Below, piece after piece: positions 62,263-64,000 of a stretch of 64,000 nt of DNA (position 1 is its first letter; every line of letters begins with the position of its first letter). The position numbers and the translations under genes are program-made. The DNA comes from Heterodontus francisci (taxonomy: Eukaryota): the NCBI RefSeq assembly GCF_036365525.1, contig NC_090400.1, positions 42,764,658 to 42,828,657 of the forward strand. Reading direction: 5' to 3'. Under the pieces are notes generated by a model. It saw only the letters and a program-made list of their open reading frames with translations, did no database searches and had not been told where the DNA came from.

Positions 62263-63254
62263 TGGGCCAACTATTAAACGTCCACTTGCATGTCTCTAAG
62301 TGGAGCCAGTATAATTGGCCCAATTTTTGTATATCTATTTATGGACTTGGCAGCAGAAGCTGTTTTTCAGCAGGTTATGTCTGACACCAGTTGTGCCCCT
62401 CTTTGACTTAAGTGGAAGTGCATTGTGGTAGGGATTAGGCTGAGAGTAATATTTTTATTAGTGCCTGCCTTCACCACTGAAACTGAGGACATGTATACTG
62501 GCTTTATCTATTCTACTTCATGACTCTCAGAATGGTAAAGCTCATTTGATATCGCAGAACCATAATGAGACAGTCATGTTCATACTTAGCTACAGCATGC
62601 TTTTCTATAACCTGGGTTTTTGTTATGGAACTTGTTTTCATGTTTTGAAACAGTTAAGTGAAGATATGAACATTACAACTGTCGCTCTTTAAATAAATGC
62701 TCACATTTTTCCCCATCCCACTTTTCTCACAACACTGACTCACGTGAATGTACAGTTACATGGAAGGCAGATACTCTCTAGTATCGTATTCGTCGTATGT
62801 CAGACTAAACAGTTTATATCCGTAGCCTATTCAATCATTACCACCTGTTACCTTTCTGCCAGGAATTAGTGGATTGTATCAGGAATGGAAACCTTTGGTT
62901 TTTTTTCCTCCTTTAGTCTTTTGTTGCAATTTTAATCCTATAAGATTAACTTATTTAAAATATAAAGTTCATTTTAAAACTGTTTTCAAATTTTGCATAC
63001 CTTGCTGAACCCATTTTGTTCCATTTCTGTTCTCCATAAAAAGGTAATTATTTAACATTTTATTTTCTCTTTTCGATCTCACTTATTTTAAGATTCCTGC
63101 CCAATTTTTCAAAAAAAACAATAACTTTTAAAATCTTTTGCGCCTGACTTCTTTCCCTCCCCGGTAATCACTGTGACTACCACCAAAAACTTGTTACATA
63201 ATTCCTTTTACTGTGGATGGTGCTGGAGGATGCTTTATAGAGTGGTGATTGGGT

Positions 63255-63870
63255 TGGGGGGGTTGTGAGGGGGAGGATGGATTGGAAAATGAAATGAAAA
63301 TGAGCAATGATGGGAGAGTTAGGAGGTATCCAAAAGCTTTTTTTAAAAGATGGGTTTTGAGAAGGTTTTTAAAAGTGGAGAAGGAAATGTTGATATGGTG
63401 GGGCTTGGGGATGGAGGTCCAGGTTTGGGTGGAGGCAGTTGAAGAAAAATTCATTAGTGGTAGACTAATGGGGAGGGGTTTGCACAAAGGACCAGAGCTA
63501 TAAGGTTGAAGGAGGTTGGAAACTTAGTTGGGGAGGAAAGGCCATGGAGGGATTTGAAGATGAAAATGAGAATTTTATTGTAATGAGTCTTGGGGATAAA
63601 GAGATAATGTAAGTCAGTAAGGGTAGTAGTATTGCAGAAATGAGACAGGACACTGACACTTGCAGTTTTGGACAAGTTGGAGTTTCAAGAGAGTGGAAAA
63701 GAGGGTGTTGGAGTAATTGGATCTGGGGATGAGAAAAGCATGGATAAAGATTTTGTTGGGAAGTTGCGATGGTGGAAGTAACTTGTCTTGGTTATCAATG
63801 AAATGTGGGTCTGCCTTCAGCTTTGGATTGAACAGAATACCAAGGTTTCATGTAACTTGATTCAACCTGA
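63255..63870 (-). mobile_element. Old L2 fragment
   Basis: ggccatggagggatttgaagatgaaaatgagaatttt is antisense to KILIFIFKSLHGL, as in the other L2 copies. Confidence 0.65.
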
Positions 63871-64000
63871 ATGCAAGAAGGATGTTTTCAGCCAATTAAA
63901 ATCCCAAACATTAAAAATTAGTTGATTCTTGTTGCAATTTTTTGCATCAGAAAACTGGAGAGAACATAGCAATGTCCTATTTAACAATCTTAACTAGTAT

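Noticed and set aside
1-64000. CRISPR arrays, rRNA, prokaryotic operons, endogenous viral genes
   Set aside because: No regularly spaced repeats or recognisable homology; the sequence is vertebrate intronic DNA.

Overview
Eukaryotic, repeat-rich genomic DNA, almost certainly from a shark or other cartilaginous fish. This is inferred from HE1-type V-SINEs, Deu-domain SINEs, and CR1, L2, RTE and Penelope-derived repeats. It reads as a long intron with only one convincing host coding exon (44 nt, 37100-37143, + strand; gene not recognised). Nearly all long ORFs are retrotransposon-derived. Main observations: (1) three different CR1 LINE subfamilies keep a correctly phased slippery motif (G_GGU_UUA / U_UUA_AAC; one copy has a U>C change) right before the ORF1 stop, followed by an AUG-less -1-frame ORF2, suggesting programmed -1 ribosomal frameshifting. 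(2) Short Penelope-derived repeats carry minimal hammerhead ribozyme motifs, one flanked by its own target-site duplication. (3) A fold-back element has a Helitron in one arm and a CR1 with intact ORF2 in the other, each arm giving the empty site for the other insertion. (4) An HE1 SINE variant has its tRNA head replaced by an AT-rich hairpin. (5) A CR1 inserted inverted into a sibling CR1 creates a ~1.7 kb inverted repeat. Family names come from recalled motifs, not database searches, and boundaries of old repeats are approximate.
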